The notes under the pieces are model-generated. The model was given only the letters and a program-made list of their open reading frames with translations. It searched no databases and was not told the origin of the DNA. A stretch of 64,000 nucleotides of DNA from the NCBI RefSeq assembly GCF_963921235.1, contig NC_086118.1, positions 22,260,001 through 22,324,000 on the forward strand. The letters run 5' to 3'. This DNA is from Mobula hypostoma (Eukaryota). The translations under genes were made by a program, and so were the position numbers. Every line of letters starts with the position of its first letter. Position 1 is the first letter of the stretch. This document shows, one piece after another, positions 12,615-25,480 of this stretch.

Positions 12615-13065
12615 CTATGGACTTCTTTTCAGTCTTATAGTTCTTTATATTCTGTATTTTGCATGTTCCTTCTCATTTTATTCTGCAGGGAGGGGAATTT
12701 TGGGGTCGGTGTTCTTGTAGCATTTTTGTGCACATGGAGGGGGCTCGGGGGGGGGTCAATTTTTCCCGATGCTGTTTTTGTTAGTTTCTTTGTGCAGGGA
12801 GGGGGGCATTTGGAAGCTGTTGTTGTTTTTGCATTTTGTGTGGGGGAGATGGTTTGGGGGTCAATGTTGCTGTGGTGTTTTCTTTTGTGCAGGGAGGAAG
12901 GTATTTAGGGGCTGATGTTCTTGTTGTGTTTCATGCAGAGATGAGGGAGGCGGAATTCAGGACTGATAATCATGTTGCCATTCTTATTTTTCTTGGTTTC
13001 GTGGCTACCTGGAAATGGAGAATCTTAGAGTTGTATACTTTGATAATAAATGAAACTTTGAACAT
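12615..13065 (+). repeat. Non-autonomous retroposon-like element with an internal G/T-rich degenerate tandem array
   Basis: Recurring TTTGTGCAGGGAGGGGG...TTTGGGG units about 60 bp apart. Ends GATAATAAATGAAACTTTGAAC. Confidence 0.45.
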
Positions 13066-13119
13066 GAAAAATATAATTGTTTAGGAGATCAACAAGTAAA
13101 TAAAATAAATCATATTGGT

Positions 13120-13965
13120 AATTGAGCTTTGACCAGTGCCCAATCCAGACATCAGAAGTTTGAGAGGATAGCAGTTCAATCAGGTCCACTGACCAAGTAG
13201 AAGAAGACAGCAGCAGATTGCAGCAGTATAACTGAGCTCTGATCAGCGACCAAACTGGGCATCAGAAGTTTGAGAGGAGGGCATTTCAAACAGGTCCACT
13301 GACTGAGTAGAAAATGGCAGTGTAGTTGACCTCTGACTAGCAACCAATCAGCATTTGGGATTGATTAGCAAGAGCAAATTAAGGGAAGTCAGGGTCAAGC
13401 ACTGTGACCATCATTGTATCGGCCACTGTTGGAGTGGACAGAGTCAGAGTGGTGACCTTGAGGCTTGAGCTCTTTGAGGCTTCCGTCAGAGAAAGGAAAA
13501 GAAAGAAAAGCTCAAGGTTTTACTTTTTCCTTCCCTTCTTTATATCTGCTCAGCTAGGACCATAGAGATGCCAGGAGGGTAGTTGAATGCTTCTCTTGCG
13601 GGTTGTGGGAAGGCAGGGAGACCCCCAGTGTCCTTGATGAGTACAAGTGAGAGAAGTGCAGCTCCTAACAATCCACATTATGGAGTTGGAGCTGGAACTG
13701 GACGAACTCCAGATAGTTCAGGAGGCTGGAGGGCTGTTAGATAGGCCGTATAGAGAGGTAGTTACACACAAGGTCGTGAGAGTGTGGAATGAGCTGCCAG
13801 CACAGGTTCTGCATGCCAGCTCAATTTCATAGTTAAAGAGAGGTTTGTACATGGATAATAGGGAAATGGAGGGCAAGTACAGGTCGATGGGAGTAAGCGG
13901 TTTAAATGGTTGGGCAGAGACTAGACGGACCTGCTGCTGTGCTGTACTTCTCTATGACTCTGTAA
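13120..13965 (+). mobile_element. CR1 5' UTR and ORF1 start fused directly to a CR1 3' end
   Basis: MPGRVVECFSCGLWEG from about 13568, then ELELELDELQIVQEA, joined at about 13770 to VVRVWNELP and a CR1-type TTCTCTATGACTCT tail. An approximately 110-bp tandem duplication lies in the 5' UTR. Confidence 0.65.
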
Positions 13966-13984
13966 CTCACACTGTGAAAATGAG

Positions 13985-14990
13985 AAAACATTTGACAGAA
14001 TTTACTTCTAGGCTTAAGAAAATCTGCCAAACGGACCTCAATAGCAAAAATATAACAAAGGCAATAAACAATTTTTATACATATTAACATATTTTTGTGA
14101 TAATATCTTGGTCTAAAACTGATCTGGAAAACCTACAAAGAAAATAAGAACTGAAATGACAAATTTTAGAAAACACTCTGTACACTCGAACACACTTAGA
14201 TAAACAGTACCGAGAACAGAAGGATGAAGAGGAACAACAGACATAAAAAATTTACATAACAGACAGATAAAGATATTTACATCAACAAAAACAGGATTTA
14301 GCGCTGCTTGCAAGCATATGCAATTCTGCTGAGAAGAACACACCATTAAACTTAAATGAAAACATGACCCAGAAAAAGAAGTAGTTATCACTATAGAAGA
14401 AAAAGTTAACCAATGGAAGAGCATGACCCTCCATGGAGGACATACCCACCATCTGAGCAGACTAGATGCCGGCAAGGAAGTGTCAAATGCCTGGCTCAGA
14501 GTTGGAGACTGCTTCCTAGAATCAGGGGGAGTCCTTCTGGCAATACAGGACCAGGTAGATAACACAAAACAATTCAAGATGATACATGCAGAAAATACCA
14601 AGAGAAGCCAGAAAAAAATCCAACACATTACAGGATCCCGCAGCAGTTTAACTCAATCTGATTACTTAGATAGATACAATCAAGTGGCAAACATCATTCA
14701 TCAAAAATTGAAAGACTGTGGAACATGAACAGGGCATACATTGTCCCAATGGTAATATCTACAACTGGTATCATCCCAAAATCACCACACAATAACTTTA
14801 CACAATTAGGCCTTCACAGCATTATTTATGTAAATCTCCAGAAAGCCACAATACTAAAATACTACTAGAATAGTCTGAAAGTTCCTAGTAATTGAGAAAT
14901 GAGCATGCTTGGCTATACCCGAACCTCAGGTTTTAACAGCTTGAACTAAGGAAAAAAAAACAAATATAATAATAACAATAAATGAATAAT
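13985..14990 (+). mobile_element. R4/Dong-like element, internally deleted 3' part
   Basis: SNAWLRVG, LLAIQDQV, IQHITGS and RYNQVANIIHQ in ORF 14423..14728. The 3' UTR matches 11820-11930. TAA-rich tail. Confidence 0.78.
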
Positions 14991-16679
14991 ACTAAGAACA
15001 TGAGTTGTAGAGTCCTGGAAAGTGGGTCCTTGTTAGTTTGTGCACTCAGTTCAGTGGTAAGGTGAGCGAAGTTATCCACTCCGGCTCAGGACCCTGGTGG
15101 CAGAAGGGCAATAACTTTTCCTGAGCAATTACAACATTTGAAAGACTTTTAGACAGGCACATGGATGGGAAATGTTTAGAAAAATATGGACCAAATGCAG
15201 GCAAGTGCGACTAGCTCAGGTAGGCAATCTGTTTGGCATGGACATTTTGGGTTGAAGAGACTATTCCCATGCTGTAAAACTTCATAACTCTAAAATTAGA
15301 ATGTTATTGAATCAGATAGGTGGCTCATCATATGGGCAGCATTTATACATTTTCCCTATCATTTGATGTTTACTCCTAATAGCGATTGGAGAATTTCAGG
15401 TGCCCCACTGTTTACTCAGGTAGCACATAATTGAACATTTCTTTAATCCCTAAGTACTCACTCTCCTATTCATCATTCTGCTTTAACTTTTCCTAGCCGG
15501 TTAGACTATTTGCATCTCTTGAATATGCAATAACTACCATTTGCATACAAATTTACCACATAATCATTGCAGGAAGATTGTTCTTTAATGTCGCAATAAA
15601 AATGGTGCATACATGCAAAAGGATCACTACTTACTACTCACTTGGGTCCTTGGCTCCCAGTGGATCACAGGCTGTTGATGACTTCCCGTCTCTATCGTCC
15701 CCTGAAGTCGATGGTATGGTTGGAGTTTCTGTAATCCATTGTATCCACTATACAGGATACTGGCCTATACAGTTTCACCAGAGCCCTGTTGGTTGGCCTT
15801 ACCCGTTTCCACCTCTCACGACGAGGAAGTAGCGCTGGACTTTGAGAGGCACAAAAGGATCAACATTTAGCTAAATTGACTGAGATACCATGTGAGGGTG
15901 ATTGCAGTAGCAAACAGCACACTGTTGTGACAGCTTCTCTGAGTTGAAAGTTCAAACTTAGAGCCTAGGGTTTAATTCCATAATCAACCTGCTCTGGGAA
16001 TGATTGATGTTTATGCTGGGTGTCAAAAGCGCAGAATGTTCTATTCACACAGGGAGGCATCCACCACATTGCTGAGTGTGAAATACATAGTTGAAAAGTT
16101 AAAATGATAATTTCAAAGAAAAGCACTTAAGGCTGGAACTAACCTAATGCAGTGCCAGATGTTGTATCATTCATAGAATTAACTTTCCACAGAAGCCAAC
16201 ATTGTTGTATTACAGTGGACTTTTTGGAGCTAATAATCCTCATGTTTGCCAAAAATTTCCTTACATATGATGAAATTGCCCTGTATAGTATAATTTACAG
16301 GACAACTTGTATTCAAATCACGGACAAAATTAGAATCTATTGGAGCCAAGATGAACGTTTCTGACCTTAAACTGCGCATCAGTGGCTATTTCAGTAGCTA
16401 TTACTTCACCATGAATGCCATTTATTAACAGGAAAACTTCACTTTTTCCATTTCTGTCTTGCAATATTTATGGGATTTTCAGCCAAACTAGTTTCCATCC
16501 TAAAAATAGAATGCATTGCAATCCAAAAAATAAAAGTTATTTAATCAAAGGTTTGAATGAGCACCCTCAGATACGTACTGTTCTTTGTTTGAAGGAGCAG
16601 TTAGCCTCAGGCCAATGATGTCACAACTCTCTCTACTGGATTAGTTATATCACCAGGCTATGATGCAAATATCTTGGGT

Positions 16680-19175
16680 AAGCAATACATAGAGGTACCA
16701 ACTAGAGAAGGGGCAGTGTTGGATCTCCTGTTAGGGAATGAGATAGGTTAGGTGACGGAGGTTTGTGTTGGGGAGCACTTCGGGTCCAGTGATCACAATG
16801 CTATTAGTTTCAATATAATTATGGAGAAGGATAGGACTGGACCCAGGGTTGAGATTTTTGATTGGAGAAAGGCTAACTTTAAGGAGATGCGAGAGGATTT
16901 AGAAGGAGTGAATTAGGAAAATTTGTTTTATGGGAAGGATGTAGTAGAGAAATGGAGGTCGTTTAAAGGTGAAATTTTGAGGGTACAGAATCTTTATGTT
17001 CCTGTTAGGTTGAAAGGAATGGTTAAAAGTTTGAGAGAGCCATGGTTTTTAAGGGATATTGGAAACTTGGTTCGAAAAAAGAGAGATATCTACAATAAAT
17101 ATAGGCAGCATGGAGTAAATGAGGTGCTCAAGGAATATAAAGAATGTAATAAGAATCTTAAGAAAGAAATTAGAAAAGCTAAAAGAAGATATGAGCAACA
17201 CACATCAAAGTTGCTGGTGAACGTAGCAGGCCAGGCAGCATCTCTAGGAAGAGATACAGTTGACATTTCAGGCCGAGACCCTTGGTCAGGAAGATATGAG
17301 GTTGCTTTGGCAAGTAAGGGGAAAATAAATCCCAAGGGTTTCTACAGTTATATTTATAGTAAAAGAATAGTGAGGGATAAAATTGGTCCCTTAGAGAATC
17401 AGAGTAGACAGCTATGTGTGGAGCCAAAAGAGATGGGGGAAATTCTGAACAATTTCTTTTCTTCGGTATTCACAAAGGAGAGAGAGATTGAATTGTGTGA
17501 GATAAGGGAAACAGGTAGGGAAGTTATGGAAACTACGATGATCAAAGAAGATGAAGTACTGGCGTTTTTAAGGAATATAAAAATGGATAAGTCTCCGGGT
17601 CCTGACAGGATATTCCCTAGCACCTTGAGGGAAGTTAGTGTGGAAAGAGTAGGGGCTCTGACAGAAATATTTCAAACATCATTAGAAACGGGGATGGTGC
17701 TGGAGGAGTGGTGTATTGCTTATGTTGTTCCATTGTTTAAAAAGGGTTCTAAGAGTAAACCTAGCAATTATTGGCCTGTGAGTTTGACGTCAGTGGTGGG
17801 TAAATTGATGGAAAGTATTCTCAGAGATGGTATATATAATTATCTGGATAGACATGGTCTGATTAGGAACAGTCAACATGGATTTGTGCATGGAAGGTCA
17901 TGTTTGAATTTTTGAATTATTGAATTTTTTGAAGAGGTTACGAGGAAAGTTGACGAGGGTAAAGTGGTGGATGTTGTCTATATGGACTTCAGTAAGGCCT
18001 TTGACAAGGTTCCATACGGAAGGTTAGTTAGGAAGGTTCAATCATTAGGTATTAATATTGAAGTAGTAAAATGGATTCAGCAGTGGCTGGATGGGAGATG
18101 CCAGAGAGTAGTGGTGGATAACTGTTCGTCAGATTGGAGGCCGGTGACTAGTGGTGTGCCTCAGGGGTCTGTACTGGGACCAATATTGTTTGTCATATAC
18201 ATTAATGATCTGGATGACGGGGTGGTAAATTGGATGAGTAAGTATGCAGATGATACTAAGTTAGATGGAGTTGTGGATAATGAAGTAGGTTTTCAAAGCT
18301 TGCAGAGAGATTTAGGCCAGTTAGAAGAGTGGGCTAAAAGATGGCAGATGGAGTTTAATGCTGATAAGTGTGAGGTGCTGCATTTTGGTAGGACTAATCA
18401 AAATAGGACATACATGGTAAATGGTAGGGCATTGAAAATTGCAGTAGAACAGAGGGATCTAGGAATAATGGTGCATAGTTCCCTGAAGGTGGAATCTCAT
18501 GTGGATAGGGTGGTAAAGAAAGCTTTTGGTATGCTAGCCTTAAAAAATCAGAGCATACTCAAAAAATTGCGTATAGGAGTTGGGATGTAATGTTGAAATT
18601 GTACAAGGCATTGGTGAGGCCATATCTGGAGTATTGTGTACAGTTTTGGTCACTGAATTATAGGAAAGATGTCAACAAAATAGAGAGAGTACAGAGAAGA
18701 TTTACTGGAATGTTACCTGGGTTTCATCACCTAAGTTACAGAGAAAGGGTGAACAAGTTGGATCTTCATTCTTTGGAGCGTAGATGGTTGAGGGGGGACT
18801 TGATAGGGGTATTTAAAATTATGAGGGGGATAGCTAGAGTTGACGTGGATAGGCTTTTTCTATTGAGAGTGGGGGAGATTCAAACAAGAGGACATGAGTT
18901 GAGAGTTAAAGGGCAAAAGTTTAGGGGTAACATGAGGGGGAACTTCTTTAATCAGAGAGTGGTAGCTGTGTGGAACGAGCTTCCAGCAGAAGTGGTTGAG
19001 GCTGGCTCGATGTTGTCATTTAAAGTTGGATAGATATATGGACAGGAAAGGAATGGAGGGTTATGGGTTGAGTGCAGGTTGGTGAGACAAGGTGAGAATA
19101 AGAGTTCGGCACGGACTAGAAGGGTCGAGATGGCCTGTTTGCATGCTGTAATTGTTATATGGTTATATGGTTATA
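16680..19175 (+). mobile_element. CR1 LINE, 5'-truncated ORF2 pseudogene with 3' tail
   Basis: ORFs 16923..17915, 17964..18590 and 18590..19033 carry KSPGPD, YMDFSKAFDKVP, GVPQGSVLGP, YADDTK and TRGH. (TTATATGG)n tail at about 19154-19175. Confidence 0.93.
17196..17289 (-). mobile_element. PLE terminal fragment inserted in-frame into CR1 ORF2
   Basis: 11-bp TSD GAAGATATGAG at 17185-17195 and 17290-17300. The sequence is the reverse complement of 12480-12575. The hammerhead core is mutated (CTGACCA). Confidence 0.9.
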
Positions 19176-19299
19176 AGTGTCAGTCCGAGCTTTACTCATT
19201 CTACAGTGCTAGGTGACTGTCCCATTCGGGGTGAAGTTGGATGGTTGGTGACTAGATCTGAATGAGTGTTGAGGCCTGGCTGATTGTGATCTATGGTAC

Positions 19300-19480
19300 T
19301 TCAGTAGATGTTTTTTGGATAGATTTTTGCATAGCAGGGGAATTAAGGGTTATGGGGAAAAGGCAGATAGGTGGAGATGAGTCTATGGTCAGATCAGCCA
19401 TGATCTTATTGAATGGGGGAGCAGGCTCGATGGGCAAGATGGCTGACTCCTGCTCCTATTTCTAATGTTCTTATGTTCTG
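19300..19480 (+). mobile_element. CR1 3' end fragment
   Basis: ATCAGCCATGATC...GAATGG...GGCTCGATGGGC...CTCCTGCTCCTATTTCT, matching the 3' UTR of copy C. Confidence 0.7.
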
Positions 19481-19549
19481 TAAGCTCTAAAGATTAGCAA
19501 CCTAGAAATGTTTCTGAGCCATTTTATTGGCAGTAACACCCAACCTGAA

Positions 19550-20295
19550 TGATTAAATTCAGATTTATTTATCACACCTACATTGCAACATGCAGTGAAA
19601 TACATCATTTGCGTTGACAAACCACACACCTGATGATGTGCTGGAGTTATCCCCAGGCGTCTCCACACATTCAAGTACCAAAATAGCATGCCCACCATGA
19701 TTAGAACAGCACAGGCGGCAGCTACACTGGTCCTCCAACCACTAGTCCCCGGTAGACAATGACCCTCTACCTCTGGACTGACTGACTTTGGTCTTCGACC
19801 TTTGGGATTCTACCTTCAGACTCACTAACATCTGAACTTCAACCTTCAGCTTTGCCCTCCAGACCTCACTAACTTTTGGGTATGGAACACTGGACTCACC
19901 AATCACGGACTTTGACCTTTGGACCTCTAGCTTTAGATTCACCAATCATGCATTAGACCTTCCGGACTCCCACGGAACTCCGACCCAGGTGACCTGGGGT
20001 GTCACAGACACTTGTGACCCTCACCTCTACAGACCTTTAATCTGGGACTCACCAAGCTGGGGACCTACCAAACCAACTTCCAGGATTGCTGCCCTTTGAC
20101 CATGGAGTGCCCTGGCCTGACCACTGACTCCTGCTCCTGGCTCTTCATTTACCACTCCTAAACTCTAACTCTCCCTCATCCCTGCCCCTAAACCCTAACC
20201 TGACTCTTAAATCCCCACGCTGTCTCTAAAACCATCCCTACAATTCAAAAAGACAACTAAGTCCGAGGTTTGACCTCAACGGACATCGCATCTAT
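19550..20295 (-). repeat. Non-autonomous retroposon-like element with an internal degenerate short-period array
   Basis: Shares its left block (GATGTGCT...CACATTC...GCATGCCCA) and the CCCTAAACCCTAAC block with 60605-61495. The interior is recurring GACTTTGACCTT/GGACTC units. Confidence 0.5.
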
Positions 20296-20530
20296 TATGA
20301 AGCCCACTGCTGGAAACAAATGACTGTTCAAAGGAAGATCCTTTGAAAATAGGAATGATTTGAGAACATCAAGTGGATAGATTAATAAAGTGGCTGATTT
20401 GAAATTAATTCAAAAACACACTATCAGAGATACCAATTGCCCACTTCTGGAATTCACTAAACTAGGGTGACGGGAATTTAAAATGTGCTGCAAATGAATT
20501 ATAACATTGCACTGCATGTGTGAGTGACTT

Positions 20531-21199
20531 TACACTCATTGGCCACTTTATTAGGGACCTACGTCACCTAATAAGGTGGCCACTGAGTGTATGTTCCTGG
20601 TCTTCTGCTGCTGTCGTGCACTCACTTCGCGATTTGACGTGTTGTGCATTCAGGGATGCTCTTCTGCACACCACTGCTGTAATGCGTGGTTATTTATGTG
20701 AAAGTGGCCACTGAATGTAATGACTCTCAGCCGTACAATGCATTATGATATTTACATTTGCACTTATAAATTCATGGTACCCTAATTTAGTGAGTCCCGG
20801 AAGTCACCTGTCTGCTTGAACCATTCTGTCCATTCTCCTCTGTCCTCTCTCTGTAACAAGGCATTTTCGGCCACAGAACTGCCACTTACTGAATGTGTTT
20901 TTGGCTTTCACACTATTTTCTGTAAACTCTAGAGATTATTGTGAGCGAAAATCCTAGAAGATCAGGTGTTCCTGAGATACTCAATTCACCCCATTTGGCA
21001 CCAACAATCATTCCATGATCAAAATCACTCAGATCAAATTTCTTCCCCATTCCTGTATCTTGTCTGAACAGCAGCTGAACCTCTCGACCATGTCAACATG
21101 CTTTAGTGCATTAATTTGCTGCCACATGCTTGGCTGATTACACACTTGCATTGATGAGCAGGTATACAGGTGTACCTTACAAAGCAGCCTCTGAGTGTA
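20531..21199 (-). mobile_element. Tc1-like DNA transposon deletion derivative
   Basis: TA-flanked terminal inverted repeat (TIR) CACTCA(G/T)TGGCCACTTTATTAGG at 20533, with a degenerate partner ending at 21199. Minus strand from ATG 21050 reads MGKKFDLSDFDHGMIVGAKWGELSISGTPDLLGFSLTIISRVYRK (Tc1 HTH). Confidence 0.82.
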
Positions 21200-21331
21200 T
21201 ATTCTATTAACATCATTTGGATACCCATGGGTCAACAGGCAGAGCAGGCTTGATATTATGGACCTAGGACCAGAAAGTATTATATTTGGTGGAGTCTGAA
21301 GATGCCAACACACCAAAGTAGATACAAAACA

Positions 21332-21625
21332 TTATTTATTTATTTATTTGTTAATAACTTACAGCTCAGAGAAGGCCTTCTGTCCTTTCAAACCACGCCA
21401 CTGAGCAATTCCCCAACTTAATCCCAGCATAATCATAGGACAATTTACAATGACCAATTAACCTACCAACTGGTACGCCTTTGGACTGTGGGAGGAAACT
21501 GAGCACCCGGAGGAAACCCATGCGGTCACAGCGTGAACGTACAAACTCCTTACAGGCAGCGGCAGGATTGAACCCGGGTCGCTAGTACAGTAAAGTGTTG
21601 TGCTAACCACGATGCTCCCGTGCCA
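21332..21625 (-). mobile_element. tRNA-derived SINE, HE1/V-SINE-like
   Basis: The minus strand has box A (AGCATCGTGGTTAGC) and box B (GGTTCAATCC), a central GGGTTTCCTCCGGGTGCTCAGTTTCCTCCCACAGTCCAAAG block and a (TAAA)n tail. Confidence 0.82.
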
Positions 21626-22719
21626 CCTGGGTGCTATAGGCCAAGTGTGCCCCCAGTTTCGCTTTGGGCTTGATGGATATATTAAACGTATACCAAGCCA
21701 TAATCTACTTCTATGCTATAGGTAACCATAATAATCAGAAACAGGAGTCTGGTTGCTGTTTTTGGATTCAATGTCATAAACATTTAAATGACCTCATCAC
21801 GGTCGGAAAGGTGACCATGGTTACAGATTCACCTATATTCTAGGTCCATATTGCACATTATCCCTTTCTGTCCATCTGTTGTTTCACATGACCACTGCCA
21901 TCCAACCTAATTTTTGTACAATGCCATAACATTCCCTCTTGGTCACCATGAGAAAATGCTCTCCTGCCATTCACTCCTTCAGCAAATATCACACATCACC
22001 TCCCTCTTCCCCCATTAGGCCTCTTCTTTCCTTCTCTACAAAAGAAAAGAGTGAGTGAAAGAGAACTATAGATGATCCTCCAGACATAACCCTGTTAAAG
22101 TCTGCTGGGGGGAGGGAGTAAGTTGGGTGGTGTAATGTTCTCACAGCCACCAGAGGTAGAATTATATTTAATCCAGGAATGCTGGTAGAATATTTACTCC
22201 TTGAGACTGGATGTCAGCAAAAGTGGTCTTGCATATAGTCACAAGTTTAAACATTCCTGATTAAAACATTTCAATCATTCACATGGAGGGTGCACTCTCA
22301 TAGAATGGAGACCTTTCGTTCACTTGAGCAGTTCCTCCCAATTTTTTGTGTTCAGCTATTTACGTAAACTGTGTTACACACCACAAGTGGGTACGAGCAT
22401 AAGCTGGAGCAAGGGTCAGCACAATCTCAGCGTGTCAGAGAGGGTAGGATCTTCCAGCTACTGCTTGGATGGATGCAGGTACCACTGAATGGCAGAGCGC
22501 TTTTAAAGCTACTGGGAAGAATGTGTCTTTGCTGGTAGGGGTCACAGCTACATTACATACCCTTACACACTAGGCTTTGAGCATGTTCAGTCTGATCCCA
22601 CGGGTGTTCACACTACCACACAGCACTCAAAACATCAGATTTGATGTGACGCCAGAGGCAAACTAATGGAACCACATGGCAGAGTGGGGTCAGTGTGGTG
22701 GTGGTGGGGGGGGGGGGTG

Positions 22720-23795
22720 TCTCATTAAAACCTATTGAATGTTGAAAGGCCTAGATAGCGTGGATGTGGAGAGGGTCTTTCCTATAGTGGGGGAGTCCAG
22801 AACTAGAGGGAACTGTCTCAGAACAGAAGGACATCCTTTCAGAACACAGGTGAGGAGGAATCTCTGTATTCAGAGCGTGGCGAATCTGTGGAATTCTTTG
22901 CTCCAGGTGCTATGGAGGCCAGGTCACTGGGTATATTTAAAGCAAACGTTGATGGGTTTTTGATTAATAAGGGTGTCAAAGGTTATGAGGAGAGGGCTGG
23001 ATAATGGGGTTAAGAGGGATGATAAATTAGATTATGAGAACAATCAGTCCTCTTTTATTGTTATTTAGAAATGCATACATGAATCAAGAAATGATACAAT
23101 GTTTCTCCAGAGTGATATCACAGAAAACAGGGCAAACCAAAGACTAACACTGACAGAACCACATTATTATAACATATATTTACAGCAGTGCAAAGCAATA
23201 CCATAATTTGATGAAGAACAAACCATGGGCACGGTAAAAGAAGTCTCAAAGTCCCTGAGTCGATCGACTTCCGAGTCCCCGAAAGTGGCAGCAAAAGGGA
23301 GAAACTCCCTGCCATAAACCTCCAGGCACCGTCAACTTGCCGATGCCTTGGAAGCAGCCGACCACAGCCGACACTGAGTCTGTCCGTCCGAAAACTTCGA
23401 GCCTCCGACCAGCCCCTCCAATACAGGCTCCCGAGCGTCATCCTCTGCCGAGCGCCTTCGACCTACCCCCGGCCGCTGAAACAAGCAAAGCCGAGGATTT
23501 CGGGGCCTTCTGCTCTGGAGATTCCGGTTACCACACAGTAGCAATGGCAGCGAAGCGGGCATTTCAGAAGTTTTCCAGATGTTCCTCTGTACTCTCACAT
23601 CCGTCTCCATCAAATCAGAACTGTGCACAGTCCCCTACTTGACAGATTACAGATATCATTCACCGGAGAGGCCGCGCGCACTGCGTCGTGCTGCCATCTT
23701 CTCCTCCTCTCCTCTCTAAATCAGCCAAGACTGAATGGCAGGGTAGACTCGATGGGCTAAATTGCCTAACTCTGTTTCTATGTCTCATGGTCATA
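22720..23795 (+). mobile_element. CR1 3' end, interrupted at 23028-23716
   Basis: ORF 22739..22963 has ESRTRG...ANLWNSL. The 3' UTR resumes at TAAATCAGCC (23717). Confidence 0.75.
23028..23716 (-). mobile_element. Non-coding non-autonomous retroposon (LINE-like 5' and 3' ends, no ORF)
   Basis: 5-bp TSD TAAAT at 23023-23027 and 23717-23721. The minus strand begins GAGGAGAAGATGGC with a CpG-rich head and ends AATAAAAG...CATAATCT. Confidence 0.65.
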
Positions 23796-24799
23796 GGGAC
23801 AGGAAGTGTCAATTGATAATCTGAGGAGTGAGCAGCTTTGATGGGGGATAATTATATCCTAACATCCATCCTCCTGTTATGTTTAAAACAGCAAGTTACT
23901 GCAAAACAATAAGATAATCATGGTAGATATGTAAAGGAGTGTCTTCAATTAAAACATTGTCTTCATTTTCCTTCTAAGTCACGAACACATGTGCCAATGA
24001 AGAAATAAAACCAGAAAGTAATCGTAGAGTATGATGGCAGTGTTTTGTTATCTCAACTGTTGACCCAAGTCCTTCTGCAAAAAGACCATTCATTCTCTTG
24101 GATTCCTAATAGTTAAGTTAGATGAAGCACTACATTTTACATACAATTTGATTTTTCTGTCAATGGACATTCAGTTTGTAGCCTTCTTTGAGCCCTCATT
24201 TCCAGATAATTATATGGCTGATTCAAAGGATATAATTTTCAGAGCTTTTGAGTGCTTCCTGTTCACTCCCACTGTGAGGAGTTTTTGATCCCTGTCCTCT
24301 GTATTTTTGTGCTGAACATATTGAATACCATATTTCCTCCAGAGACATAACCCCACGCTTGAAGTCTAATCAGTTGCATGTAAAATATACGTCTCGTTAA
24401 GTGTTTTCTGGGGGATTTGACGCAAATGGGTTGCTGATTGAATGATGACATGGGCCATGGAACAAAGTGCTACAAATCAGCAACGTAAATACAAATCCGG
24501 CTGAAATCTTGATCTGAGCAGATCAGTTCCTGCCGATTTATTGGAATGCACACACATCCCATTATGGGGCACATTATTTTATAACTGAGCTCTAGATGCA
24601 CTATGGTAAGGGTGAAATAAATTACCTATGAAATATTGTCCTCAACTTCTAAATGTTTTTACCACTTATTTTTTCAAAATGTATCTTTATTTTGTCCATC
24701 TTCTTTAAGACCTTTAGAAAGGCCTTTGTAACCTACCTGTTGACACCAATTAAAGAAACATTGCCAGATTTATACTGCTGCTTTAGAGATGGTAGTCAC

Positions 24800-25480
24800 A
24801 GAGTCATAGTTATATTGCAGGGAAACAGGTGATGCAACCCAACTGATCCATACTACCTGTTTTGCCAAGAGAGCTAGTCCTATCTGTCTGTACTTGGTCT
24901 ATCATCTGAAAAATCCACTCCTATCCATCTACTTATCCAGGTGGCTTTTAAATGTCCCACCTGCCTGTGTTTGACCCACAGCTTTCTAATCCTCTGGAAT
25001 CCCATCTACCTATCTAGGTACCTACTAAGTGTTGCTGATGTGGCAACTTCAACCACTATTTCAGACAGCTCATTCCAAATATACACCACCTTTAATTGAA
25101 AAGGTTGTCCTTTTTAAATGTCTCACCCCTGATCCTAAACCTTTGTTTTTAGCACCTCAACCCATCATGACAAAGATTATGTGCCTTATTATACTGTCTA
25201 TGTCCCTAATGATGTTAAATACATCCATCAAGTATCCCACAATCTCCTATTTTTCAGCAAATAAATTCCTGGTTCATACAACCTCTTCCTGTTACTTAGG
25301 CCCCAACGTCCAGGCAACATCTTTTCTATAGTCCTTCTAGTTCAATAATATCTTTCCTATAACAGGATAACCAAAACAGTACATAAACTTCAAATGCAGC
25401 CTCACCAACATAACTTTACAACTGCTCTAATCAGTGCCAGTAGGCCAAGCACCTTTTTTGCCACCCCACTTGTCTAGGAT
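24800..25480 (-). mobile_element. Old CR1 3' remnants
   Basis: Degenerate similarity to 960-1530, e.g. CCAGGCAACATC and CCAAAACAGTACATAAACTTCAAATG. Confidence 0.55.

Noticed and set aside
20186..20200. Interstitial telomeric repeat
   Set aside because: Only two imperfect units, embedded in an interspersed repeat that recurs at 61376.
21540..21625. tRNA gene
   Set aside because: The A and B boxes belong to a SINE head, and no full cloverleaf is evident.
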